NCBI GenBank assembly: GCA_965649825.1
Contig: OZ287703.1
Location: forward strand, 615,722-679,721
Length of the DNA: 64,000 nt
Direction of reading: 5' to 3'
Source of the DNA: Penicillus capitatus
Lineage: Eukaryota > Plantae > Chlorophyta
Part shown: piece by piece, positions 1 to 12,573 of the stretch
Numbering within the stretch: position 1 is the first letter of the stretch
Layout: every line of letters begins with the position of its first letter
Made by a program: the position numbers and the translations under genes
The notes under the pieces: generated by a model
Databases searched by the model: none
What the model saw: only the letters and a program-made list of their open reading frames with translations
What the model was told of the DNA's origin: nothing

Positions 1-229
1 GGACGCTTCCGACTTATTCCAACGCGGTGCCGAACAGGTAGTGCACAACGCCGAACTGTACGAGTCCCGAAGAAGCTCCGCACAAGAAGAGCGGGGTGAT
101 AACCTGAACGGGGCTGGTCCGTCAAATCATCGAGAAGTGGAAGAACATCAGTCGTCTTCACGGGTGGTCGACGAACCTACGAGAAGTGTCACAAGACCAG
201 ATCCACGAGGCCGACAGATTCATGTGTAG
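1..229 (+). CDS. Orphan protein, 3' part (truncated by window start); paralog of the ORF at 343-744
   Basis: Frame starting at nt 2 reads DASDLFQRGAEQVVHNAELYESRRSS...AGPS; 23 of 26 aa are identical to the minus-strand ORF at 343-744 and most nucleotide differences are synonymous. Confidence 0.5.
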   Translation, partial: DASDLFQRGAEQVVHNAELYESRRSSAQEERGDNLNGAGPSNHREVEEHQSSSRVVDEPTRSVTRPDPRGRQIHV

Positions 230-342
230 CTGATGAGAAGTTGCCGGTACAGATACGTATGCGTCGCCAGTTGCTGCGCTATCATAATCAGGGTCTTTTC
301 GATGCGTAGCTGTTGTAAAACCAAGTTGGAGTCAACGTGAAG

Positions 343-744
343 CTAAAGCAGCTGATGTAGACGGTGTCGTCCTTGTCGCGGTGTACTGCGGGGAAGATTT
401 CCTACTCGAGGAGATAACTGACTTCCTTCCTCGTCTTGTCGAGTAGATGGACCGGCCTCGTCCGCGAGTTCGCACCGCTCGTCGTGAATAGAGCTGCGTC
501 GGGAGTCGTATAGCCCGGCGTTATGCACCACCTGGTCAGCGCCCCGCTGGAATAGGTCAGACGCGTCCACACTCCGACGTTCTCCCTCCCTCCAAAACCG
601 TAGGGCTGATAGGTAGGGCGAACCCTGTTGCAGCGGGGGATAATGGACAGTCGCGTGCGAAACCGGACGTTGCTCGTCGTCGTCAGCCAGACTGAAACTC
701 AAGGCTCGAACGTTTACACCAAACCAAAGTCTCACAAAAGGCAT
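343..744 (-). CDS. Orphan 133-aa protein, intronless, inverted paralog of 1-229
   Basis: The ORF contains DASDLFQRGADQVVHNAGLYDSRRSS...AGPS; codon-level conservation with the copy at 1-229 indicates selection on the protein. Confidence 0.55.
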   Translation of the reverse strand: MPFVRLWFGVNVRALSFSLADDDEQRPVSHATVHYPPLQQGSPYLSALRFWREGERRSVDASDLFQRGADQVVHNAGLYDSRRSSIHDERCELADEAGPSTRQDEEGSQLSPRVGNLPRSTPRQGRHRLHQLL

Positions 745-1466
745 CCCGACCTAACGTTCTTTTCCTTTTAAGCCGTTCAAGCGATGTGGCCGGTGAGTCA
801 TCTCTCGCCCCGAGCCAGGGAATTCTGCCCCCCCCCCCGACGCCAAAGCCCCCTCTGACAAGACCCCGAACGCCCCTTGGCAACCTGGCCCCCCGTCCAG
901 CCAGACAGTCCTCTCAGTCCATTGCTGGCTCCCACATGACCCATGATGTCGTTGTCCCATCATCTAGCCGACAGACGGTTCGATGGTTACTGGACAAGGT
1001 GGACAGTATGCGACGGAACGTATGATGATTGGCGAAAGCATCGGAAAAGTTGCAGAGAAAATTACCGTGACACTCTTCCGTGTGTCCACCCTCATCAGTA
1101 TACCGTGTTTGGCCGCGTTTGCCTCTAGCACGTGCAGCCTAGTCTTGTTGAAGCTCGATTCCTCTGCGGTGCAATTGAGCTATAGCGCCATACAGACTTC
1201 TCTGTTCGACGAAGTTCAATCCAAAAGCGGAGCGAAGCTCTTTGTTTTAGGTCAACAAACAGTATTCGATTTGAACGGCAACAATCCGCCTTTTCTTTCG
1301 TATCTCGTCGTCTATCTACTCTAGGAACGTACTTATGATGACACACTTTAACTCTAATTTACAGAGAACGTCTCAATGCTTATAAAACGCGCTGCTAATC
1401 GATGCTATAAATGCAGGAAGACAAGTAGGCTTCTTCCTTCAGCTCTCGACCACTACTTTCCTTTCA

Positions 1467-4400
1467 ATGGAACCTCACCTCGGAATTCGGTTGGTGTCTG
1501 TGTTTTTGGTGGCATTGATTCTATCACCTCACTGCACTGCTGCGATGTGGCACTCGGGAAACGAAGTACGTGGCGTAAGACCGTCACCCGTATCGAAAAC
1601 AACAGGTAGGCCATTCGGCTAAGAGGCCACGCTGCAAATGTTTGCCAACTCCGGCAACCGTGTGCCTGATTCCAGAGGCAAAACGGACACACGTGGTCTT
1701 CCATGGCACAAGCACCGAGTATGACTTCTCGCTCAACCGTCGTCCCGCCACGGTAACTGTGACAGTGAGTGATGCACTCCTTCGACATCAATGCACCAAT
1801 GACGCCTTGCAGAATGCTGAAACGCAACGGGCTTTGTTGCAAGACATCGAAGATGCGGCAGACAGTGACGAGGCCTCCTCAGGTAATCCCTTCCCCTTTT
1901 GCCTCGCATGCTTATTCCGGTATCCATCGCCGTCTTATGCACAGAGTTCGACTGTGCATTGCGCGGAGATCGTCTCTTGAAGCGCATTCGCGTGGGGCAG
2001 AGGGGGTGGCGTGTGAACGATTCGATCATGCTTCGATTGCGGAATGACCTCCAAATGGTCGTTAATTGCACGCGTCCTGGTGACACGATCGCACTCAACA
2101 CAACAAACCCAACTCGACTTGCGTCGCGGGTGATCATCCCCTGGTCCCTAACGTTCGACACAGACATCGACGCGACCGACTTTGATGAAGGCATCCTTCA
2201 GCAGTCCCGGCGGAAAGCCCGCCTTGCCTGTCCTGGCGAAAACGAAGGTCTCTTCCTCGTCCGGTAAGAATCGTCCTCCGGCAGGACGGCTCCTTAAGGG
2301 GAGAGTCTTCAGGGCTCGGAATGTGACCTTTGCTAACATGGTCTTCGAGGGATGTTTTTTCACCCTGGACAGCGAACAGGCTGTCGTTGAGGTGGCATCG
2401 TGCAGATCTGGAAGAATGGACGGTATAGTCCGATGGAACAGCATCGTCATGAGAGACAACCAGTTAGCGACGGGAACAGGACTCCGAGTGCAAACACCGT
2501 CGTGTTTCGCAGTGGAGATGCTCTCTGTTCTGTATCAGAACAACACGTGTTCTGGCCAAGCATGCGGTGCTCTCCTGTCTCTGGAGAACCACATGGAGAA
2601 CTGTACCGTCTCCAGAAACCGCCTAACTCCGGACCAAAGCGCTCACTTCTTTCAGCCGCCTCCCGGATCGCGGACGTACATTGAAGGGCTGGTTGCATCA
2701 GGGAATGAGCCGACTGTACTTCACTTGTCTGATGCATCACTATCTTTGTCGAGATCGACCTTTCAGCAGAACTTTATCCGTTTCGAAGAAGAAGATGACA
2801 AGCAAATGAGTCCCTGTCTTCATCTCGTGAGGAGCTCAGTCACTGTGTCAAACAGCATCTTCCAGAGGAACAGAGGTTCATCAGGAGCTGCTCTTCACAG
2901 CGAAGCGTCCAATATCTCTCTGTCTGAAACCTCGTTTGAAGAGAACACTGCAACCAGAGGCGGCGTCCTGTTTCTGAAGATGGAGAGCGTTGCATCTATT
3001 CACAGCTGTATGTTCGTTTCGAACCATGCCTCTAGAGATGGCGGCGCTCTTTTTGCCTCTGAGTCCAGTGTCTATGCCACCCGGCTCGACTTCCTAAACA
3101 ACTCTGCCGTCGGCAAAGGAGGCAGTTTCCACACAGAAGGCTCCAACATGACAATTCGCCATTGTCGATTTGAGGACGGCTCTGCCGATCAAGGAGGGTT
3201 TCTTGCCATGACAGGATCCTCCTCGAACATCAGTCGATGCGAGTTTGTAGGCGGAGGGTCAGGCGAACTTGGTGGATGCCTCACACTCGAAGGCAACAGC
3301 CGCTCTCAGATCCAACATGCTTTGATGCAGTTTTGTGAGGCCAGACGACACGGAGGCGCCATCTACCTGCAGAGCCACTCCTCGATCGGTGCCGAAAACG
3401 TCACATTCGTCTCCAACACTGCCGTGAGTGAGGGAAACGTCTTCTACGGCAAATCTTCGACAATCGTTATGAAAGACGTCCTGGCAACAAACAACACCGG
3501 AGCGGAGAACGGCGGCGTTGTCTCTTGTTTCAATAACAGCAGACTAGAAATCTCAGACTCTGTCCTTGAGGGAAATGCTGCCAGGTTTGGCGGTGCTCTG
3601 TACATACGATCCCAAAGCCGTGGATATATCAGCCACAGCCTTATGTGGCGAAACCAAGCCTCTGAATCCGGCGGTTCTATCTACATGGAAGAAGGGAGTC
3701 TCTCCTCGAATCGCACGCGGTTTGCAGGTGGAACAGCACTCCATGGTGGTCATCTCCTCGTTATGCTCTCTGAGATTGACATCTTGAATTCTTCTTTTAC
3801 AAACGGCTCTGCAGTACTTGGAGGATGCTTGGGAATCAGTAGAAGCTCTGTGGTCAGTATTCGCAATTCCTCTCTCACTGGGTGCAATTCGCAAGAGAAT
3901 GGGGCCAGCATTTACATGCAAAACAGCACCTTGCGTATCCAGATCAGTAACATCTCTGACAGCACCACACAACTGGGCTACGGAGGAATTTCCTGTGCGA
4001 GTGGAAGTCAATTGGAAGTCACAGACTCGATCTTTTCCCGGAACAAAGCGAACAGCGGCGGGTCCCTGGTGATCCATCACAGCGCCTTTGCCAGAATCGC
4101 CAGTTGCAAATTCCTTTCCAATGAAGCCGAAGGACAAGGAGGAGCAATCTACGTCGAACAAACAAACGCCAGCTTTCACTTGTGCAATTTCTCCAGAAAT
4201 CGTGCTCTTGCCGGTGGATCAATCTTCGCCACGCGAAATGGACACGTGCATCTGACAGACTCTTTCTTGGCCAATGGATTCAGTCAATTTGGAGGCAGCC
4301 TCAATGGCCGTGGAAATGCCTCGTTTTGGCTTCGAAATGTCACGATAACTGGCTGCCGCGCTAACGAAGGAGGCGCGATCGCTCTGGATGCTGCATCTGC

Positions 4401-7400
4401 TGCCACCGTCATCAACTCCACTTTTCTCAGAAACCATGCCAATAGCCGAGGAGGCGCCATTCTCGCTACAACCGCAACTTTAGTCGGTATTCGGATTCTC
4501 TTTTCCGGAAACGAGGCCACCAATGGTGGCGGCGTACACTGTGATCAAAGAAGTCGGGTCGAAATCCGACATTCGGACTTTCAAGATAACAGTGCCGAGA
4601 ACGGAGGTGCCATGCACATCAGCCACTCTGTTACTGGAACATTTGCCAACATATCGTTCTATCAGAATGCAGCTTCATATTCTGGTGGTGTTGCACACGT
4701 TGCTGGATCGACGGTACATTTCACAAATTGCAGGATGAATGGAAATAGAGCAAGCTCGGGAGGTGGCTTCAGCACGTTTGTCGCAAATCTAAACATAAGC
4801 CACTCTTCATTTGTTAATGGCACTGCTAGTGAGAATGGGGGGTTCTTGGCAGCACTGGGTCCTCCTATGGTTGCCCTATACAACGTGACATTGACGAACG
4901 CACGTGCGAAAAATGGAGGCGCGATTTATGTTTTCAGATCGACCATCACAGCAGAGCATGTCAGTTTTTCAGAATGCACAGCCAGCTCGTCTGGCGGCGC
5001 CGTTTTCAGTCCAGCGGAGTCCACCGTTGTTTGCAACGACTGTCTTTTTGTCAACAACTCAGCTGGACTGAGAGGTGGTGCTGTCTCGATGTATTCCCTT
5101 GGTGTTCGACCCATCGTTCTCCAACTCGATCAGAATGTGTTCCGACACAATACAGCCGGATTGGGAGGTGTGGTTATCTGTCAGCCACTGACAACATCTA
5201 TCTGTTCAATCTGCCTGCATCTAGGTGGACTGATTCTCCTGAACGATCCTAATCAGACCAACTGTGCAAATAACTCGACCAACAACTGCTCCCTTGCCGT
5301 GATCACGGGGACGACCTTCCAGCACAATGAAGCTACAGTAGCCGGAGGCGGTCTGATGACTTCAGACATCCGAACCATTCGATTGAGTTGCGCATCTGCC
5401 GAGAGGGAAGACAGAAATCAACTCTACACGAGAGAAGAGCTTTTGGCCTTGAACCTCTTGCAATCACTGGACGATATTTGTGAGACTTGGTCCGGCAACA
5501 TTGCTGGGAGATATGCCCCTGATGCAGGAACCTTTGTCGTTCAAGTCAAGGAGACTATCGTTTTTGATAACGGAACCGAGATCGAGATTGCCAATGGCGA
5601 TTCATACCGTGTGATGGACCATGCTAGCGGAACACCGCTGCCAATTATTCATTTTGAGGCTATGGACGGATTGGGCCAAGGACCTGCAGTCGGATGGGAC
5701 ATCAAAGAGGTCACGACCACAGCATCTTCTCCAGATGGTTTGTTTGATGGACAAATGAACACTCTCCTGGAATCCGATTTTGCAAATCTCACCATCATTC
5801 CATTTGCATTGCCTGGCGAGTACACGGTTCTCATCGAGATCAACGGGATAGATTTGGGGATCTTTGAGATCACAGTGTATGTGCGTGAGTGTTTCATGGG
5901 TGAAGTGCGTTCTGCGAATGGCGCTTTTTGCGAGCCCTGCAGTGCAGCGACCTTCAGTTTCCTTCCAGAGGAGAACTTCGAATGCCATCCGTGTCCAGAC
6001 AATGGGAACTGTGAATCAAAGGTAATATTACCAAAACAAGGATGCTGGCACCAAATCCCATGTTCCGAGCACATCCAGCGATGCCTGACACCCAAAGCAT
6101 GCGAGTCCAAAGATCGAGACCAGAAACTGAGGAAGAAAACGGAAGATGTGAGGATTTGCGACTTCGATGAGCAGTACATCAAGAACTACGCCGAAGCACA
6201 GTGCCGAGAGGTGAGACAGCAGAATGTTTTATCCGGATCTATTCCTCAAGACGTGTCTTGACAGGGACACCAGGGGCCTCTGTGCGGATCTTGCAAGGAA
6301 TCTTACGGGAGGTCGCATTCCTTTCTCTGCGAAGAGTGCTTCTCTGATATGGGCAATGTCGTCCTGGTCTGTCTGTCTTTTCTCGTCCTGCTGGTTCTAT
6401 CAGCCATCGCCATCCGCAGCAATTTGATTTCGTCCACCTCCTTATCACAGCAGCCTCAGGATTCAACAACACCAGCAGCTTCATCCAACAGTCATTCAGC
6501 TCCGTCCAGCAGGGCTGGTACAGGGATGAGATTATCGCAACATGTTCCAGATGAAGAAATTGGATCTGATAACAGTCAGAACGCAAATCCTGCTCAGAGT
6601 CACGATGCCGAGCTTGCAAAGTGGAAGGCAGTCGAGTTGTTCAAAGTGCAGATTGTCCGTATCCTTCTTCCGTCCTAACCATTCTGAGTGTTCTGCAGAT
6701 TGCAGTGAACTTTGTGCAGGTCACGGCCATAGCTGTCGCTGTCGATGCGCAGTGGACATTCGCTTTAGTGGCGCTCTTCCAGACTGCAGGTAAAGAGTAA
6801 TTCTGTCAGTCCTTAAAAAAGAGTCTCCTTCTTGCAGAGTTTGTTAGTGCAGTCACATCTGAGGCAGTGAATCGATCTGTCGACTGTCTCATCCCGTTAG
6901 GCGCCTCCATGCAGCGCTCCATCGCCAGTACACTGGTGGATATATTGCAGCCACTTGCATGCATTCTTGTCTTCGTCGTTTTCTGGCTAGCGGTCAAAAT
7001 CGGACGGAGCAAGCCATGGGTGTACTTGCTGAAGAAATGTATTCTCAGTGCCCTTGTCGTCCTCTACATCAGCTATATCTCCATCACCAAAACACTCGTC
7101 AACATCCTCAACTGCGTCAAAGTCCATGATTCGACGACAGTTGGAATCGATGAGACAACAGACTACTGGATACTGGATACCGCTGTCATCTGCAACGAAG
7201 GATCTCATGCGATTCTAGCAGGACTTCTGGCTTGGCCATTCCTCGTCATCTTCACGTTCGGATTCCCTCCGGCGATCGCTTACCTCATCATCGTTAAGGT
7301 CGCAGAAGACTACAAGGATGGCTGGATCTATGACATTGCTGGTTTCGTCTATCGATCCTACAGTAAGAAGTACATCTTCTGGGAATCTGTGATCATGTTT

Positions 7401-7892
7401 AGGAAAGCCGTTCTCGCTGTCGTGGTTGTCCTCTCATACAGATTGGGTGTCAATATCCAGGCTGTGCTGGCCTCCTTTGTTTTGATCATGGCACTTTACT
7501 TTCAAACGAAGTGCCGACCTTACCGCAAGGAGTTTGATTGCCTCAACGACACAGAAAGTCTTTCTATTCTGTTCTCTTCCGTCACCTTTGTCTGCAGTAC
7601 CTTCTTTGCTGATGATCGTGTTTCTCGTGGTGTCCGAGTCTTGTTGAGCGTTTTCCTGTGTTTCGCAAACATTCTGCTCTTTCTCTACCTACTGGCTCTT
7701 TTTGCTGTCTTTGCAGCGGAGTACCTAAGAATGGTACTCGTCAAAAAAGGAATTCATCACTCTCCGACACACGGCACCTTTCGCATCCTCAATGCCTATT
7801 TTATCAATTACCTGTTCACTGATGTGAAAGATGCCATGGTGAAATGGGTGAATCATGGCAAATCTCGTCGCTATTGCCGTTCTGAAGTCTAG
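1467..7892 (+). CDS. Giant (~1900 aa) cell-surface protein: signal peptide, Pmp-like/pectin-lyase-fold beta-helix repeats, Cys-rich stalk, multi-pass C-terminal TM domain
   Basis: Spliced model starts MEPHLGIRLVSVFLVALILSPHCTA (ATG 1467); many FxxN...GGA(I/L) repeats in 2312-5400; CRECFMG...CEPC...CHPCP and GHQGPLCGSC motifs; several hydrophobic helices in 6349-7892; GT-AG introns near 1566-1605, 1883, 2264, 5168-5224, 6210, 6646 and 6790. Confidence 0.85.
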
Positions 7893-8430
7893 AGCTGGAT
7901 TTTGCTTTTCTTCATCCGTTACCATTCCGTACAGTTGAGTCTTGGAACAGATGTCCTTTCATGTGTGAACGACATTTTGTAAATAATCTCTACAGAACAG
8001 CTTCATGTTTACGACATCGTTTGAACTTTGTTTTTTCCGTGACTGAGAGAAGATCGACAAAGACAAGCCATGCTTCAAACGTCTTCTATGGTGAGCAGAT
8101 GTGCCAGAGTGCTCGCCTTCTTAATGACTGGATCTGTCAAACATTGCGAAGTTCACGAGATCGTGGCCATTTCGAAAAACGCGAAACGTGCCCTGAAGAT
8201 CACGTATCTTCAGCCAGAGCCGCAAAATTCAAGCAACATCCGTCCTCCCTCAAAGACGCAATGGACAATTTCTCTGCCAGAGTTGAATCATGCACATTGC
8301 TGTTGCCGTCATCGCTGTGTTTCTGAGAACCGCCTTCGCAGAAGTGTGCAGTGACAGAACGCTTTATTTAATGAACAGCATTCGAAGCATTACGCCCGTC
8401 ATTCGGCCCCACGTGTGCGATCATCGCAAC

Positions 8431-10461
8431 ATGGCGTCTTCGGCGGAGAATGGTGACACAGAGAACAGCATCTCGCCCAAAGGAAATAAAGAGGCCGAGG
8501 AAGCGAAGACCAAAGCCAACGAGTTTTTCAAAGGTCGCTTCTGCACAGAACTCAACGCACAGACGCTGTTTGTTTGTGCAAAGAGAAGCAGTACACGGAA
8601 GCTATCACCTGGTATGACCGAGCTATTGAATTGGATGATACGAAGGCGATCTATTACGCGAATCGTGCTTTCGCGCATATAAGAATGGAGAAACTGGGAG
8701 CAGCCATCACAGATGCTACCAAAGCCATCGAGCTCGACCCAAATTACGTGAAGGTATCGTCCCACACATCTCTGCCCACCAGACCAAAGCTATAGGGCTA
8801 CTATCGTCGTGGGGATGCTCAATTTGCTCTCGGTCGCTTTAAAGAAGCGCGGGCAGACCTTAAGAAAGTAAAGACGTCATGACAAGGGCTTCCTGTAGAG
8901 AGCACCTCTCTTTTCAGGCTGCACAAGTGGCCCCCAGAGATCCAGATCTGCGAAGGAAATTGGCTCTGTGTGAAAAGGCCTATCGAACACAGCTTTTCGA
9001 ACAGGCCTTATCGACCGATGTCTCTCGCCTTTGCAGACATGCACCCTCGATCCTGTCTGTTTCTTCAGGATACACCCACGAGGTCGGTATCAGAGACGAT
9101 CGTTTTGGAAGAGGTGAAAGTGGAGGAATCTTACAAAGGACCTCAGATGCATCGTGAGATCTCTTCGGCCTTGCATATCTGAGGCGTGATGTGACAGTTG
9201 TGGATGGAGCTTATGTACTGACCCTTGAATTTGTGCAAGAGATGATGCAAGAGTTCAAAGAACAACGCGTCATTCACAAACGCTTTGCCTTTGAAATAAT
9301 ACTGAAGGCAAAACGTCACATCATCGCATTCTGTTTTCACAGTCCCGATGCGCATTCTAGGCTCAGAGCATCTTCAAGAGCTATCCCAGTCTCGTACATG
9401 TGGATGTCCCAGCAGATGAACATTTCACTGTATGCGGAGACGTCCATGGGCAGTACTACGATTTATTGAATATCTTTGAACTGAATGGCCCGCCCTCTGA
9501 CAACAATCCTTATCTCTTTAACGGTCTCTCCACTGCTGAAAGGACAAGAGTGATGGTGGATGGCGTAGGAGATTTTGTGGATCGTGGATCATTCTCTGTT
9601 GAAGTCATTATTACATTATTGGCATTCAAGGTCCTATACCCTGATTACATGCACTTAACTCGAGGGAATCATGAAACGACATCCATGAATAAAATCTACG
9701 GATTTGAAGGAGAGGTGCCATCGAGGCAGGATATCCTTGCACACACGCATGCCATGCCCTTCAGGTCAAGCACAAGTACAGTACCATGATGGTGGACGTT
9801 TTCCGAGAGACATTCTGTTACATGCCACTGGCCTACGTTTTGAAGCAAAAGGTGATCGCCCTCTCTCTCCTCCCTTCAGAAGTGGTCTCCCGCTATAGGT
9901 TTTGATCTTACATGGGGGGCTGTTTAGCGAAGATGGAGTGAAACTTTCAGAAATTGAATCGATTAACCGAAACCGAGAGCCACCGGATTCAGGTCTTATG
10001 TGCGAGATTCTCTGGAGTGATCCTCATCCTCTATCCGGTCGACGGCCAAGTCAGCGGGGGGTCGGCATCGCCTTCGGTACCTTCATCTCAACACCTATGC
10101 CTCAAGGCATCCATAGACGTTCGTACGTTCTCTAGGCCCAGATGTCTCCAAGGCATTCTTGGATGACAATAATTTGGACCTCCTTGTCCGCAGCCACGAA
10201 GTGAAGAATCAAGGATACGAGGTGACCCACGAAGGACGCGTCATTACGGTGTTTAGTGCCCCGAATTACTGCGATTCCATGGGAAACAAAGTGAGAACCT
10301 GCTGTTCAATGGTCATACCGTGTTCACTCATGGCGACGCAGGGTGCGTTCGTGCGTTTCGACGGGTCCGATATGGTTCCGAAGTTTACGCAGTTTCGTGC
10401 CGTGACCCATCCGGACGTTCGACCAATGGCTTACGCCAATTCCTTCCTCTTTGGAATGTGA
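8431..10461 (+). CDS. PPP5C: Serine/threonine protein phosphatase 5 (TPR + PPP catalytic domain)
   Basis: N-terminal TPRs (KANEFFK...[13 protein letters not shown]...[16 protein letters not shown]); catalytic motifs [35 protein letters not shown]; many short introns. Confidence 0.97.
9308..9360 (+). other. GC-AG intron in PP5
   Basis: AAG|gcaaaa...ttctag|GCT joins FEIILK to AQSIFKS in the frame leading to GDVHG; the nearby GT donor gives the wrong phase. Confidence 0.75.
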
Positions 10462-10604
10462 CTTCCAAACTGTGTTAAATTGGCCGTTCGCTGTCGTCAG
10501 CATCGCCACCGTACGGCGCGGTATCTGTTCGTTCGTCTGTTGTCGAACAATTACACCTTCGAGCATCGGCCATCCTCTCACGAGGGTGAGGCCGTTCGGC
10601 AGTC

Positions 10605-11069
10605 ATGCCGTATATTCGGCGCGATGGTACGTCCTATACTCTGCAGCTATACGATATGCCGCGGAGATTCGAAGGGCATCGAATGGTCAAAGGGGTACGG
10701 TTCTGTTCTAGGGACCATTTCCAACGAGCGCAGTCCATGGCGGCGCTTTGTCGATTTTCTGCGAGCTATTTGGACGACCATCTACCTCTTGTACGCAAGC
10801 ATTGCATCTCCCATCGCTCAAGGATCATCTGATGCAGCCTCATGACACTCATCTCAATGGACACTAGCAAGAAGCATTCATCCAGAGGACGCTACGGTGG
10901 CGGCGGTGGTGATTCTCCACGCGGTGGCGGCGGTGGCGGCGGCCGAGGGCGTGTTGCCGGAATGGGCAGCATCCGCCCCACACCAGGTACAGCAGACAAC
11001 GGCATTGCACGGTACATGACCTTATCTACAGGGGCAGGTGCATGTGGCGGCGGCGGGTGATCCAGGTAG
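10605..11069 (+). CDS. SELENOK: Selenoprotein K-like protein with in-frame UGA (Sec) at 11058-11060
   Basis: Introns 10627-10711, 10791-10837 and 10987-11031 give MPYIRRDGTISNERSPWRRFVDFLRAIWTTIYLFLMTL...Gly/Arg-rich...GAGACGGGG-TGA-SR-TAG; the RSPWR motif, single hydrophobic helix, G/R-rich tail and third-from-last UGA match the SELENOK layout. Confidence 0.85.
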
Positions 11070-11148
11070 GCATCTGAGCATGTCTTTGAGACAAGCCAGG
11101 TGCCAGAGAAGATCGAAGGACACTTTCTAAATATCCAACACAAATGAA

Positions 11149-11199
11149 GGCAGTTTATGAAGGAACGGCGCGTGCCGTCATTCCCGATGTCTTCCTGCC
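11149..11199 (+). promoter_or_regulatory. Candidate SECIS-like hairpin (atypically short) in the SELENOK 3' UTR
   Basis: GGCAG(11149-53)/CTGCC(11195-99) lower helix; ATGAA(11157-61)/CGAT(11185-88) possible non-Watson-Crick core; upper stem GGAA-CGGC/GCCG-TTCC; no canonical apical AA. Confidence 0.4.
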
Positions 11200-12573
11200 A
11201 AACCATTCGTGTTGCAAAGCCGAGATACTTGTGTATTTCACAACCAAGTACAAACTGATATACACTGTACGGATGCATCTTTCGTACTTCTCCCGACGGA
11301 AACATCAGCAAGGTGCTAACGGCCGATCTGTTGGCTCCGAACGATGTGCGTGTGTCCGGTTAGCGATCTTTGATTGGAGGATGCACCGACGGTGCCCACG
11401 GAGAACCGTTCTGTGCTATCCGTCGACGAGGTCGATGACATCATCTGTCCTTTTTTCGCGCAGAACAGTACAGCCTTAAGTAATTTATGCAGTTCTGCAT
11501 TTTGTCCTTCGTTCTACGTTTCCTTGGCTTTGGGTCATGACCCATTGCCAGTCCCCCGTATTGAATTCCGTCCCCTCCGTCTAATTTCCCCCCGACTGGA
11601 AACAACCCGTGCGGCGCTTGGTCTCGGGTTAGACCTGCGTCTGTGTTCGGTTGTTGGGTTCGGTCGGGCACCATCCCTACCGTCCATTCCGAATACGTTC
11701 CCAGCGAAGCAGAAGCGCAACGACAGCAGTGGAGAAACAGTCCTGCCGTGCTTTTACTTGTGAATCTAAGATCGCGGTGGCGACGCCGCTTTGAAAGATG
11801 CGCATTGGAAGCCTTGTACAGGACTTCCACAACAACCCTACTCCCAAGTACGGCCCTGACAAAGCACCTGCCGTTTCTTACGTTTCTACGTCTGCTTAGT
11901 TCGAGCTGTTGGTACGCTTCGCGCCTCACTGTCGTTGAGGGAATGGCGGCACGAACCGACGTACATCCCCTGAACATTCCTACGCTCCCTATGCTGACGT
12001 CGGCATTGTTCTGTGCTCTGGCGATGTGCTAAATAAGCTCTGGATAGATATCACGACAGGCAGCATGACACTTTTCCTAAACGATCGATCTCCCAGAGGG
12101 CATCTCGCATGACTAGCGTGCAAGCGTCCCCTGTTTGACGACCAATCGTCTCACCGTAGCGGTTGGCGTGTATGTGACGCAAGATCTCAGTTTGTTAGCG
12201 AATTGAGGTTTTCTTAACTGCTTAGGCCCTCTAGTCACTAAAACCTAACACGTTTCCTTGGTCCCCGGGCTCCCATAGTTTAGTATCTAGTGAAATCGGC
12301 AGCGACGTGGTTTGTCGCGACTTTGTTAGTGATGAATCTTTTACACCTCCCATTCCGGCATCCTCCTTTCCTGTCCCCCCTAAGTCTTTTGATCATGCTT
12401 GACAGAACTCGAATCGTTGAGATTGGATACCAACTCTGTTGCCAGTTGGAAATCTGCTTCTTTGCTGTATACGGAGAATTTGCACATCCACAAAAACACT
12501 CACGCAAAAACATCATCTTGTTGAGCACACAACGGCCGATGTTAAGTTAACCCCTTTCCCCTCAATTGTATGA

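Noticed and set aside
11374-11530. Faint resemblance of NLCSSAFCPSFYVSLA to Leu/Phe-tRNA-protein transferase-like proteins
   Set aside because: Too short, has no ATG start, and has no continuing exons; it cannot be supported without a profile search
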